64,000 nt of DNA, taken from NCBI RefSeq assembly GCF_006345805.1, contig NC_043007.1, forward strand, positions 30,690,001 through 30,754,000. Direction: 5' to 3'. The stretch comes from Octopus sinensis (taxonomy: Eukaryota). Each line of letters opens with the position of its first letter. Positions within the stretch are counted from its first letter, which is position 1. The position numbers were made by a program, and so were the translations under genes. Below, piece by piece: positions 27,401 to 40,225 of this stretch. The notes beneath the pieces were generated by a model. It was not told the origin of the DNA and did no database searches. It saw only the letters and a list, made by a program, of their open reading frames with translations.

Positions 27401-28791
27401 AGCTGGTGTCTGCGATGATGTTGATAGTGATGTACGGTGTTGGTGCTTGCCATGGTTATGATGATGCTGGTGATAGTTGCGGCGGAGACGGCGGCGGCGG
27501 TGGTGGTCGTGGTGGTCGTGGTGGTTGTGTCAGCGATAATGTTGGTGGTGGTAGTGCTGGTAGTGATGATGGTGGTAACGATGGTGTTTGTGATGGTAGT
27601 AGTGATGGTGGTGGTAGTAGTGATGGTGGTAGAAGCGGTGGTGGTAGAAGCGGTGGTGGTGGTAGTAGAGGCGGTGGTGGTGATAGAGGTGGTGGTGGTG
27701 GCGGTGACAATAATGTTGGTAATGAAATCAGTAATGGCGGCGTTGATGATGGAGGTGAAGTTAAAGGGTGAGGAGAAATCAGGTGGAGGTGAACAGCGCC
27801 GAGTCCTTTGGGACGATTCCATACAGAATGGAATCGGTAAGGTTGTGGCTTGGCACGACTTGAAATATTCAGAACAGAAACACAAATATTCGGAATTTTC
27901 CAAATGGTTACCTTTCACCTTATTTTCTGTGTCACACATTCTCTAACCTAGAAATTGGAGTGTGTGTGTGTGTGTGTGCGTGCGTGCGTGTATGTGTGCG
28001 TGTGTGTGTGTGACTGTGTATATAAATATGTATTATATATATATAAATATATATATGTATATGTATATATACATACATATATACATATGTATACATATAT
28101 ATATATATATATATATATAGCCAGCAGGGTGGCATCATCCAAAAGCTAAAATAATGCAAAGCGTATCGAGGTTTTATAATTGTAAGGTGGGCTTCCGCAC
28201 AGTTTCTTTCAACAAAATTCACTCTCAGTACATTGGTCGGCCCGGGGCTTTAGCAGAATGCACTTAGCCAAGGTGCAGCGCAATGGAACAGAAACTAACA
28301 CCGCATGGTTCGCGAGTGAACTTCTTAACCACACGGCACCCTCGCCGGCATCGGAGACACTTAACAATCATTACGGTTGCCCTCATCGTATCAAATTGAA
28401 TTTAATAACAATAACACTGAAAAAACATCATAATGTCGGCAGCAATTACATCGTTAAAAGCGCTCCGAAATATAAACGTCTGAAACTAATGTAATGATAT
28501 TTACTATTATCGAGTTATTTCGGACCCTCTAAGTATGTTACAGTAGACCCCTATTTAATTAGGTATTTAATTGGAAACCCCTGATCAGTGTAGCTCTGTT
28601 TCATTTTTCAATTTTCTTTCATTTCCTTTCGCTCTGCCTGTGTCAGTTTTATGTCTGCTTCCACGAAAATTATTGCCATATTTTGTCTTGGAGAGTTGCT
28701 TTATTTCTTCTCTTTTAAAAGTAGTGTGATCGAAATATTCACAAATTATCGACTTCACATACACACACGCACACACACACATACATCCATG

Positions 28792-28849
<58 letters not shown>

Positions 28850-29014
28850 GTGTGTGTAATATATATATATATATATTATATATATATATATATATTACAG
28901 CCAGAGACAGATACAATTACATGCACACTAAACCATAATTATATACATACACGTGCGCATATATAGTTTTATACAACATACATATACTAAATATACATAC
29001 ACACGCACACATAC

Positions 29015-29063
<49 letters not shown>

Positions 29064-29071
29064 TATATATA

Positions 29072-30061
29072 TAGGCATACCTCGGCTTAAGTCGTTTCGA
29101 TTACGACGTTCTCGATTATACGTCGCTTTTCAAATATGATATATTGAATAAATTAAAATCAATTCGTGAATGAGTTTTAAGGAGTTTAATAATGCTGCTA
29201 TCAACAAAACGTTGGTGACTACGAGCAGAGAACTGGAAATGGGTTTGGAGGAGGAGGATTTCATAGATATGACGAACGAGGATTTGATAGAGCTTCACGA
29301 GCAGCAAAATATGGAAGAAGAGGAAATTGAACCTGCCCCATGTCAGTTTACCATTAAGAAAATGCAGCAAGCATTTGCATGTATCGTAAAGGGTCTTTCT
29401 ATGTTCGAGGATCTGGATCCATATGCTAAACGCTTTTCCAAGATTATCGGGGGTTGTCACGAACCTTTTGCTCCTTATGATGTAATCCTTAAGGAAAAGA
29501 AGAAGACAGCAGTTCAAGGAACTCTCAACCGGTTTTTTTAAGCGCATCGAACAACAAGAACAGCCAGCGTCAGCTGTTGATGTTGACGATCCACAGTCAT
29601 CTACATCCGCAATGTAAACAACCAAATTGTATGTAGGTATTGGTAAATTTAGAATAATTTAGTCATTTTTACTATTGCAAAGTAATAGTAATTACTGAGT
29701 TTGTTTTTTAAGCTTAAAAAAGGCTTTTATTTTACCATGTCTTATTGCAAAACGCATTCATGAATAAAGCGTCCGTGATATAAGGCAAACACCGCCAAAT
29801 AGTATTCGTAAATTTAGATTACATTTTTCTTTTACTGTATTAAAAAATAAAAATGATTTGTTTGTAGGTTTAAAATAAGTTTTTATTTAACCATGAATTA
29901 TTGAAAATGCATTCATAAATAAAGTACAGAACTGAGAATGGTTATGATCGGTTTAGCTTGGAGACAAGTAAATTCGGTCTAGCTTAGCCTAGTTAATTCG
30001 ACTTACGTCGTGTCTCCGGGTCTCCTGGAACCAATTAACAACTTAGGGTGGGGTATGCTTG
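29072..30061 (+). mobile_element. Internally deleted Tigger/pogo DNA transposon
   Basis: Ends tAGGCATACCTCGG and (reverse complement) CAAGCATACCCCAC, in (TA)n on both sides; internal ORF matches the Tigger transposase C-terminus. Confidence 0.85.
29170..29541 (+). pseudogene. Tigger/TIGD1-like transposase C-terminal fragment (123 aa open frame) ending in PIP box QGTLNRFF
   Basis: MTNEDLIELHEQ..FTIKKMQQAF..DLDPYAKRFSKI..KEKKKTAVQGTLNRFF; no HTH or DDE domain present. Confidence 0.75.
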
Positions 30062-30067
30062 TATATA

Positions 30068-30107
<40 letters not shown>

Positions 30108-30769
30108 ATGCATATATAATATATATATATATATATACATCCATATATATAGATATCTATAACATGCATAGATATATATATATATATATATCTATATATA
30201 TATATATATATATAAACATGCATATACTATTCAGTATCCATATATATCTATATATATATATCCTAGATATATATATAATATATATATAATATATAAACAT
30301 GCATAGATATATATAAACATCATATATATATATAAACCATCTATATATATATATATATATATACCTATATATATATATAATATATATATATATATTATAT
30401 ATATATATATATATAAGCATGCATATATATATATATATATATATACAAGCATACATATACATATATATATATATGATATTATATTTCTCCCTTTTAACTG
30501 TACAGTTCTTTTAACCAATCCCAACGGAACCAGCATTATTCCCGACAAATATTTTATATTCAATTGGGTATTTTACAGCAGTGAACATCATACGACTGGC
30601 ACATATTTATCAGCAGGCATGCAACGCAGATACACTAACACACCCGTACACACATATGCATACATACATATAATATATGTATGCATATGTATATATATAT
30701 GTATATCTTATATATATATATATATATATAATATATATATATGTATATATGCACATGTGTCTATCTATC

Positions 30770-30845
<76 letters not shown>

Positions 30846-30862
30846 ATTATATACACACACAC

Positions 30863-31080
30863 AGTAAGCATATATATGCAAAACAAGGTGGAGAAAATAG
30901 TACTCGAATTCCAAAGGTAATATACTAATGATTAAATCTGAGAAACGTCTAGAAAATCGTTACTCAGGGTTTCAAATGAACGCTCGTCAGGCATTTGCGA
31001 TTAAACTATTGCCGGAACTGTCAGGCGAACGGTCTCGTAAAACATTATTCTGAAGATTACTTTCGGCTCTTCAATAAATA
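30863..31080. mobile_element. Older copy of the same PLE-like terminal family with a degenerate inverted hammerhead pair
   Basis: Shares agtaagca...aaacaaggtggagaaaa..agtactc...gttactcag.gtttca with 52892-53015. Minus motif CTGACGA..GAAAccctgagTA at 30958-30993; plus remnant ctgtcaggcgaacg(gtct)cgtaaaac at 31018-31043. Confidence 0.55.
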
Positions 31081-31171
31081 GTATATATACACATGCATGT
31101 GTATATGTATGTAAATGTGTGTGTGCATGTGTGTATGTGTGTTTGTGTGTGTGTGTGTGAACGTGAGAGAT

Positions 31172-31454
31172 GTTGGTTGCGTGGTTACGATGTACACTTT
31201 AAATTCACACACTTTCCGGTTCAATCCCACAGCCCGGCACTTTCGACATCTTCCGCAATGGAGCAGGGCTGACTAAAGCCTTGTGAGTATATTTTGTAGA
31301 AGGAAACTTAAAAGAAGCCCCTCGTATAAATACATGTATGTATGCATGTAAATATGTATGTATGTGTGTGTGTATTATATACGCAATATAATAAAAGAAA
31401 GAGCTTATTAGAACAAAAGACCTACGACCAATGATGCGCCCCTCACACCATGTG

Positions 31455-31490
<36 letters not shown>

Positions 31491-31690
31491 GTGTGTGTAT
31501 CTGTGTTTGTTCCTCCACCATCGCTTGACACTGATGGTGGTGTGCTGACGTCCCTGTAACTTGGCAGTTCGGCAAAACAACAGATAAAGTAAGTACTAGG
31601 CTTACAAAGGATAAGTCCTGGAGTCGATTTGCTCGACTAAAGGCGGTGCTCCAGCCTGGCCGCAGTCAAATGACTGAAGCAAGTAAAAGA
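31172..31690 (+). mobile_element. SINE family B with an extra segment in its internal microsatellite
   Basis: 5' half 31172-31327; 3' half 31500-31690. Confidence 0.75.
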
Positions 31691-32167
31691 AATTGGATAT
31701 CTAGGATTTTTTTATGGAATACCTTTTATTACAATGGAATGGGATTTGAGGGAGAATTCGCTGCTATTACTAGCAAGCAAGAAGGTCGTACAACGGCTTT
31801 ATGATTGGCTTCTCCTTAATGTATGTTGTCGATTTTATTTAGGCCAAGGACTGAGCAGGTTTCTAATGGGAGTTATTCTATCCTCATCTATAAGTGATAC
31901 ATTTTAAACATGGCAGAGTATAATTTGAGACTGATTAGGCTGCTATTTCTAGTATTTCGACCAACCAAGTAATGGCATCCTTATTGGCGAGTCAAGGATA
32001 TATAAAACGTACGCGGGTATAAAAACTAATGGAGAAATTGCGCATCTATTAATTCCGGGTGTCCGCGAGAGACTTTCTTGATAAAACTCGCTGATAATCT
32101 GTAATGATGTTACCATCGATAACATGCAGAAGAGAAGGCTGCAAGGTAATGGTTTGATCTTTTATCG

Positions 32168-32199
<32 letters not shown>

Positions 32200-32812
32200 A
32201 AGAAGAAGAAGAAAGAAGAAGAAGTTTTGTTTTATTTTGTTTTGTTTTTTTTTTTTTTTTTTTTTTTGCTAGTTTAGGATTGAACTCCCTATCTGTTATT
32301 TTGCCGCCGAAAACTAAGAGATTGAATCGAGATAGACGTAGTTAGGGATAGTTTTAAGGATGCTGGAAGAAAGAACGAAGCATCTTGTGAATTAAGGAGA
32401 AAGGGGGGGGACTCAGGGAAAAGGAGAGCAGTAAGAGGCTAGTAGAATTGGAGAGAGGGAGAAAGATAAGAAATAGAGAATTTAGAGGAGGTAAGAGATA
32501 AGAGGGGAAGAGGTGAGAGAGAGAAAGATGTGGAGGGTTGAGGGGGAAAGAAAAAGAGGGATGAGTGAGAGTGATAGAGAGGGTTGAGAGAGGGGGAGGC
32601 AGGGAGAACGAACGTAGAAAAATAAGATATGTGAAAGAAAGCATTGAGAAGTGGGAGGTGGTCGTGGATTGGGTGGATGGGTGAATGTAAAAGGCCAAAA
32701 GGAAGGAAAAGAGAAGAAGAAATAATAGGAGTTCGGTGAAGGAGAGGAAGGAGGAGAGGGCAAGGCGCGGGAAGAAGTGAGGGAAGAGAAGGAATAATAC
32801 AGAATTAAGGAA

Positions 32813-32953
32813 GGCGGCGAATCTGGCAGAAACGTTAGCACGCTGGACGGAATGCTTAGTAGTATTTTGTCTGCCGTTACGTTCTGAGTTCGAATTCCGC
32901 CGAGGTCGACTTTGCCTTTCATCCTTTCGGGGTCGATTAAATAAGTACCAGTT
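32813..32953 (+). mobile_element. SINE family A, 3'-truncated
   Basis: Head plus core, ending at aagtaccagtt where it abuts a LINE fragment. Confidence 0.85.
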
Positions 32954-32954
32954 T

Positions 32955-33630
32955 TGGGCATTCGTTCACGATATGGGCAATGGTTGCGGCACAGCGGAGA
33001 CTCTTTCTCATTCCTAAGGTTGACCCTCCAATTCGTGGCCAAAGCTTGGTCTTGTGCTGCCAGTATGATGCACTCAGCCTCTTTTTTCAGGGTTCCTCTC
33101 TTCATCCAATCCCACCTTTTTTCCAGCAACTTCAGTTATGCCTCAATGGAATCGGTCGTGTAGTCCCTTGTCGCGCAATGCTTCTTCATATCCTTTTTCT
33201 CCGTCTTCCTTTGTTTCTCCTTTTTTCCTCTCATTCCTGACACTACCAAAGTGTCCTTCCTTTGGGCTAGGTATCTCAGTAAGCTCCCGACTTCGATAAG
33301 TACGCAGTCTTCCTCCATTTGCTCTCTTGATGTATAGTCGACCAGTGCCTGCGTATGGATGATGGGCTCCATGCATCGTCAGGGCTTTCTTGACTTTCTA
33401 TCAATCTCCATTTGCTCTGTCCACTTCAGAATTCCACGCCGTGGCAAACCACTGCGACTGGGCGCCAGTTTACTACCGAAATCATGTTTCTGGTATTCAG
33501 CTTTGAATCCCATATTTTTCTCACTCGCCGCAGACATTCTTTCTTTATCTCCTCATTCAGGCTATTCTGCTTAATTCCATCTTCATCAAATATTCACAGG
33601 CATCTATATTCGGCACCCTTCGCATACATA
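32955..33630 (-). mobile_element. R4/Dong-like LINE fragment (region after the RT domain, up to the Zn knuckle), frameshifted
   Basis: Motifs IDRKSRK..MHGAHHP..RLYIKRANGGR and WDWMKRGTLKKEAECIILAAQDQALATN..SPLCR spread over several frames. Confidence 0.8.
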
Positions 33631-33741
33631 TACCTCTATTACTATTATTATCATTGTTATTATTATTATTATTATTATTATCATTATTATTATTATTATT
33701 ATTATTATTAGTAGTAGTAGTAGTAGTAGTAGTATTGTTAA

Positions 33742-33960
33742 GGTGACGAGCTGGCAAAATCATTGGCAAGCCGGACGAAATACTTAAAAGCAGTTCGTCC
33801 GTCCTTGCGTTCTGAGTTTAAATCCGCCGAGGTCGACTTTGCCTTTCATCTTTTCGGCGTCAATAAATTAAGTAGCAGTCAAGTACCTGGGTCGATATGC
33901 TCTATTGTGCCCCTCCCCACAAAAATCCAGGCTTTGTGCCTATAGTAGAAAGGATTATTA
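33742..33960 (+). mobile_element. SINE family A with alternative tail (..gtgcctatagtagaaaggattatt)
   Basis: Head plus core plus tail type b. Confidence 0.8.
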
Positions 33961-34104
33961 TCATTATCATTATTATTGATGTTGCTGTTGTTGTTGTTTA
34001 GTGCTGTTCGCGTTAGAGTTATTAGCCATTATATTATATAGCTGTTATCTATCTATTAATGTATCTTTTGTGATTGCTAATCTCACTCGTTTCTTCCATG
34101 TAAA

Positions 34105-34140
<36 letters not shown>

Positions 34141-34239
34141 ACACATACACACACGCGCGCGTACTGTTCTTGTTTTCTTATGCATTTCGCCTTTGCACTG
34201 TCCCCTCGACGTCTTGGGATCTTATAGCCAATAAAACAA

Positions 34240-34403
34240 ATCATTATTATCATCATCATCATCATCATTATTATTTTTTTTTTTATACTATTATTATTAT
34301 TATTATCATTATTATTATTATTATTATCATTATTATTATTATTATTACTATTATTATTATCATTATTTTATTACTATTATTATTATTATTACTATTATTA
34401 TTA

Positions 34404-34449
<46 letters not shown>

Positions 34450-34672
34450 CATTATTATTATTGTTATTGTTATTATTATTATCATTATCATCATCATTAT
34501 TATTATTATTATCACCATTATTATCATTATTATTATTATTATTATTATTGCTATTATTATTATTATCATTATTATTATTATCATTATCATTATTATTGTT
34601 ATTGTTATTATTATTATCATTATCATCATCATTATTATTATTATCACCATTATTATTATTATTAGTACTATG

Positions 34673-34725
<53 letters not shown>

Positions 34726-34919
34726 GATTGTTATTATTATTATTATTATTATTATTTTACTATTACTATTATCATTATATATCATTATTATTAAGTTATA
34801 ATTATTATTATTATTATTATTATTGTTATTGTTATTATTATTATCATTATCATCATCATTATTATTATTATATCACCATTATTATTATTATTATTATTAC
34901 TATTATTATTATTATTTTA

Positions 34920-34955
<36 letters not shown>

Positions 34956-34957
34956 GA

Positions 34958-34994
<37 letters not shown>

Positions 34995-35090
34995 TACTAT
35001 TATCATTATTATTATCATTATTATTATTATTATAATTATTATTATTATTATTATTATTGTTATTATCATCATCATCATCATCATCATCAT
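34240..35090. repeat. ~850-bp (ATT/ATC)n trinucleotide array with higher-order duplications
   Basis: Marker ttgttattgtt..atcatcatcatt..atcaccatt recurs at ~34460, 34595 and 34823. Confidence 0.9.
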
Positions 35091-35494
35091 TACCTATATA
35101 AGAGGTAAAAACTTTTCTTTTAACATTTTCCATTACTTTAATACGTTTCCTACTTTAAAAATAACAAAAATAACAAACATATACACATATATATAAAACG
35201 CCAGTCTCTTCTTAATCTCTTAGCAAAGAGTTTTATTATTAAAATTGCTTCGGTTTTTGTCGGTTGTTTAATGCATTGAGTACTTTTTGCTTATTATTTG
35301 CTCGATAATTCTTTGTTCGTAACACAACTCGCAAATACAATATATTACGTGTGCTGCGCAGGGGGGGGAAGAGACTTAGAGATGGTTGATCGAACATAGA
35401 GAGATGGATAAAGAAATAATTTGTTTTTTTTGTTAATTTTGGGTTTGTTTTTTTCATTAAACGCAGTGGTTTAGTAGAGAGTTGTGGGGGGGGG

Positions 35495-35630
35495 GGCCTG
35501 ACGAACTGACGTTGTTACTGTGACGTCAGCAGTGCAGCAATTGCAACGCCTAAAGAGTTGTATTGACGTCAGTATATATTCATTTACACTCACTAATCAA
35601 TGCCGTAACTGACGTTTATCTATCAGTAGG
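35495..35630. promoter_or_regulatory. CRE (CREB/ATF) motif cluster with adjacent TATA-like box
   Basis: Full TGACGTCA at 35521-35528 and 35564-35571; TGACG half-sites at 35499, 35507 and 35610; TATATAT at 35573; non-repetitive island that retains CpGs. Confidence 0.55.
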
Positions 35631-36540
35631 AGGATGGAATCGATAACTGCAGAAGATCGGGAGATTTATCGCAGAAAACATCGCCTGACCATCATCACTT
35701 ATTGATTTTTTTTCATCATTCTACGCATCTGTTGTTGCCGTTGTAGTAGTTGTTGGTTTTGGTTTTGGTTTGCTGTTGACGTTGATGATGATGATGATCA
35801 TGATCATGATCATGATCATGATGATGATAATAATGGTGGGGAGGAGGATGGTGGTAGTGGCGGTGGTCATAGTGGTCGTGGTCGTGTTCGTTGTCATCGT
35901 CATGGCATTCTTGGAGGTGGTAGGTGGGTGAGACTGTTCTTGTCGTTAGTAGTGGTGGTGGTGTTGGTGGTGGTGGTGCTGCTGCTGCTGCTACTGCGCC
36001 TGCTGCTGCTCCTGCTGCTGCTGCTGTTGCTGCTGTTGTTGTGGTTCATTTTCTTTTCCCCAGGTTTCACCAATTTGTTTATTAATTTTTGCCGCAGAAA
36101 TTACTACATATATGTGTGCGTGTGTATTGTTATCAAACGATGATGGCGATGATGATGATGATGAGAGTTGTGATGGTGATGGGGACGATGATGATATTCA
36201 ATATCATCATCATCATCATCGTCACCTCCGCGATAATCGGCCTGTATCATCATCCTGACGGTGATACAGGAAAATTGGCCAAACAAATGAGAGTTTAGGT
36301 AATTATCTCAACGGTTCTTTGTTTTTTTTTCCATTCATATACGTAAATACCGATATATACACCCATTACGTAAATAAACATGCATACACACACACATATA
36401 TACACTGAAACAGACACACACACACACATACCTATACTCATATATTTATGCATGTAGCTATTCTTATGTGTGTGTGTGTATATATATATATTTACATGTG
36501 TGTGTGTGTGTGTGTGTGCGTGCGTGTGTGTGTGTGTAAT

Positions 36541-36700
36541 AGCGCACATGGCTTAGTGGTTAGGGTGTTGCACTCACGATCGCCAGGTCATGATTTCAAT
36601 TCCCGGACCGGGTGTTGCGTTGTGCTCTTGAGCAAAACACTTCATCTCACCCTGCTCGCCGATCACTTCGGCACCTGACGCGTGGCACACTGGGCACCTG
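36541..36700 (+). mobile_element. tRNA-derived SINE, related to family C
   Basis: TGGCTTAGTGG A box, ATTTCAATTCC B-box remnant, gttgtgctcttgagcaaaacactt core. Confidence 0.65.
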
Positions 36701-36789
36701 TTCAGGTAACAATGATTTGATGGAGAGAGGGCGCTAATGTACAATACATTCATTGAATCACCTTAAACACTTCATTTCTCAAACCGCAG

Positions 36790-37500
36790 CGTGGTGTTCC
36801 TTGTTACAGACATTCTCTTCCATTCTGCGCGATATCTTCAAGGCTTTCAGGTTATATTTCATAACGTCAGAATAATCTTACGTTCATCCCGGATACACTT
36901 TGTTGAGAACTAATTCGCTATAAAGTAATTAGTTTTGAGCCTGAAACCATCCATCCTCATGATATTAGAAACCCATCACTTATAAGACTCATTGTGGCAA
37001 AATTCCATACAATGTCATCCTACCTTCTTTAGAATTTCTGTCAAGTTTAAAAGACTTCCAGCTTATGTTTAACCGTTTCCCTGTCCAAAACCTTTTCGTA
37101 AGTTCCTGCTAAACGTCCGTGATTGTTTTTAATCTCAGCCATTTTTCTGGTAATTTTTCATACGTTTTGAGTAATAAAAGTTTTCCTTTAAGTCTCGAGT
37201 TACTCTAATGGTTGAAAACAATAAAGAATGTGAACCAAATGCCATAAACAATCCTAAATTGTTTCAAACATGAGAGCCAGGGAAATATGTCTTGCGTATC
37301 TCGTATGTCAAGCAAAGCGTTAACATAATATGTCGTATGACACTTGTGACATCTTCTGAAGATGTTCGCTTGTCGTCGATATGGCGACAATGTTTCAAAT
37401 CAGTCTTTGATGACATAAGATTTTTTCATACAAAACTTGGCGAAAAGTTCCAAGTCTCTGTCCAAACAGACCTATTTGTCGAGTTTCTTATTCTTGGCAG
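36790..37500 (-). mobile_element. Probable very old LINE fragment
   Basis: Only short residual motifs (HGRL, ETVKH); non-microsatellite sequence contiguous with the 37510-38280 fragment. Confidence 0.3.
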
Positions 37501-37509
37501 GATTTGTGT

Positions 37510-38280
37510 ACGTAACGGATTACTCCCAAGGTAACCTTAAGTATCTACAAGCTTTCAATATTCTTTCAAGTGCTTGAAACCCTCCTGAAAATATTTCTTA
37601 TCCCTAAGAGTCTAATTTTCTGTAGAAGCTCTACAGAACATTCCATTCCAATCTCCTTCAACCATTTCTCAGTTCCTAAGGCACCAATTATCACGAGCAC
37701 AGCATTTACAGTTTTCATACTTCAAATTCTTGCAATTTCAAATTTTAAGGGGTTATACGTTTTTTTTAATTTTCATCCTCTTTTTTTACAATTCCGGAAT
37801 CAAACGGCCGTGATGGATCAAATAGTAAACAACTTCGCTTATTATTGTTATCTTGTTTATTATTTTGAAGGTTCTTATCCAATCCACTTGAAGAGGAAAG
37901 ACCCATAAATTTTTGCATTTCTCCGATCCCAGCATTCTTTCGATCCGATGGTCATACCATGTACCTCCAACTTCAAATCCTCATTTCTGACAAAGCTTCC
38001 TGGGCAAAACTTTCACAACTTGGTCATGCCCCCGGTTCTTATATTTTCCCTGAGCCAACTTGGAACATTCTGTAGCAATGTGTACCTGTGTCTCATACCA
38101 AATACCGCTCAATTTCTCTGACTCCTTCCCCTCATACACATATTTTCTTATGTTGTTTGTCTTTATCGCTTGAACTTCAGCTGCTTTAATACGGCTCTCC
38201 GTTTCGCCTTTTAATTGTCCTTTTCTTTTACACAAATCCTCAATGTACTACCGACATATTTCCGGGTTTTCTCGAGACAA
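37510..38280 (-). mobile_element. R4/Dong-like LINE 3' fragment (CCHC knuckle plus RLE), decayed
   Basis: GQLKGETESRIKAAEVQAIKTN...ETQVHIATECSKLAQGKYKNRGHDQVVK..KLCQK; downstream LKFEIARI..VIIGALGT..LLQK. Confidence 0.75.
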
Positions 38281-38419
38281 ACACCAGTTTCCAGGCTTAT
38301 AATAGTATATCTGCGTTTAGTATCATATACAGGCTGTTATTTTTAATTAATACTGCTTTAATTGCTACGAACGAATATGTGTGTGTGTGTGTGGAGAGGG
38401 AGAGAGAAAGAGCTACATA

Positions 38420-38848
38420 TATACATCCTCATACATACGTACATACATACATACATACATACGTACGCACATACATACATGCATACATATATACATAGGT
38501 ACATATATACATACATGCGTACATACATACATACGTACATATGCACATACATGTATACGTACATACATACGTACGTACATACATTCATACATACATACGT
38601 CCGTACATACATACATACATACATACATACATACATACATACATACATACATACGTACGCACATACATACATGCATACATATATACATAGGTACATATAT
38701 ACATGTATACGTACATACATTCATACGTACATATGCACATACATGTATACGTACATACACATATACGTCCGTACATACATACATACATACATACATACAT
38801 ACATACATACATACATACATACATACATACATACATACATACATACAT
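38420..38848. repeat. (TACA)n array containing a 192-bp tandem duplication
   Basis: acgtacgcac..ataggtac..atatgcac block at 38461 and 38653. Confidence 0.8.
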
Positions 38849-39338
38849 GCAAAGTAAAAGTGCACAGTGCCACAGAACACAGTCCTACTTAACCAATTCC
38901 TCTGCCAACAACGAAGAATTCCCCAGCGACGAATTCCCGTCGTTCTTCCCGATTGCTAAGCTGCGATAAATTCATAAACTCCAAACCAGGCAATCTTAAC
39001 GGACCGCATGGCTAATCCCGTTCTTATCTCACGTTATCCTCGTCATTAAAACAAGAGAGTTATATATTTAAGAGAAGCTAACTTAAAACAAGAACAGGAA
39101 ATGGAAACAAAAAATTCGCGAGAATGAGACAAATGCAAGGAAGGAATTTGGGAGAAACGAGATTCTCATCCCGGTGCTGTGGTTGGTTCTTCTCTGTTCA
39201 TTGCTCGTAGATTTCGTTATAATTCGTGTATTTAGGATCGATGCAAGACATTCAAAATATTACCAAATTGCCGAGAATAATTATAGTATTATGCAATCGT
39301 GCTACACACTAGAATCGTTTGGTTGCTGATCTTACCAT

Positions 39339-39603
39339 CACTGGCTCGGGAATGAAATTTGCTTAGTGGGGTGCAAACCCAGGTCCAAATATATTTACAA
39401 ACAAGGTCTTGTTTGATGTTATTTTTGTGTTTTGTTTTTTGAGAAGGAACCTAACTTCAAGCTATTTTTTACACATCGCTTTTTATTTACCGTTTTCTAA
39501 ACCCGAGGAAAATAAGTATGGCTGCAAATTTTGGTTCTGCACTCCACAAAAATTCTAGGGGGTGCGCTAGCACCTCCTGCAACCCCCTGTTCCCGGGCCC
39601 ATG
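39339..39603. mobile_element. MITE with 8-bp target-site duplication (hAT-like)
   Basis: Flanks CTTACCAT (39331-39338) and CTTACCAC (39604-39611); TIRs CACTGGCTCGGGAA and CATGGGCCCGGGAA (11/14). Confidence 0.65.
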
Positions 39604-40117
39604 CTTACCACAAGATTGTTTTAGAGGTTTGGTAGCTTCATGAAGGCTACGAACAAAGCATTTATATAGCACGGTAGACATCATCTGGTGACGTAGAAGT
39701 ACAAAACACAAGAGACGGCGGCAGAAAGAGACAAAGTACAAAGGTTATAGGCTTTACAAATATAAGCGTTGTCTGTGTGTGCTGTAGCATGGGCTCACTG
39801 AGAAGACAAGATATGACATTTTAAATGCATGGGTAACGATACTACCGTCGGAGTTCCGCTTACGATTCGAATCATCATATGTTTGAGTTACAAATGCCAT
39901 CTCCGACCATAAAAAGAATCCTTCTGTCTCTCCAGAGGAAATGCCTATAATTCTCGGCATAACATCCGAAAATACAACGCATACTCCAGTATATGTGTGT
40001 ACGTGTGTCCGTGCATGTTTGTGTATGTGTGTGTATGTGTGTGTGTGTGTGCGTGTGTGTGCGTGTATGTGTGTGTGTGCGTGCGTGTGTGTTTGTAGTA
40101 ACAGTTTAATTCATATC

Positions 40118-40225
40118 CCTGCACATTTCGTAGGCGCAGGACACGTCCACCTCATCAGATGATGACGATCTTCAACGACACTTAATGAGGTGGAACTGTT
40201 TGTTCCACGCCCACGAAACTCTTAA
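40118..40225. mobile_element. Second PLE-like family remnant with an inverted pair of hammerhead-like motifs
   Basis: Minus CTGATGA-g-gtggacgtg(tcc)tgcgcctac-GAAA at 40126-40158; plus TTAATGA-g-gtgg...gcccac-GAAAc at 40182-40219. The arms are imperfect reverse complements. Confidence 0.5.

Noticed and set aside
27232-27946. Mucin-, Gly- or Pro-rich ORFs
   Set aside because: Degenerate (GGT)n tract open in most frames and running into a SINE.
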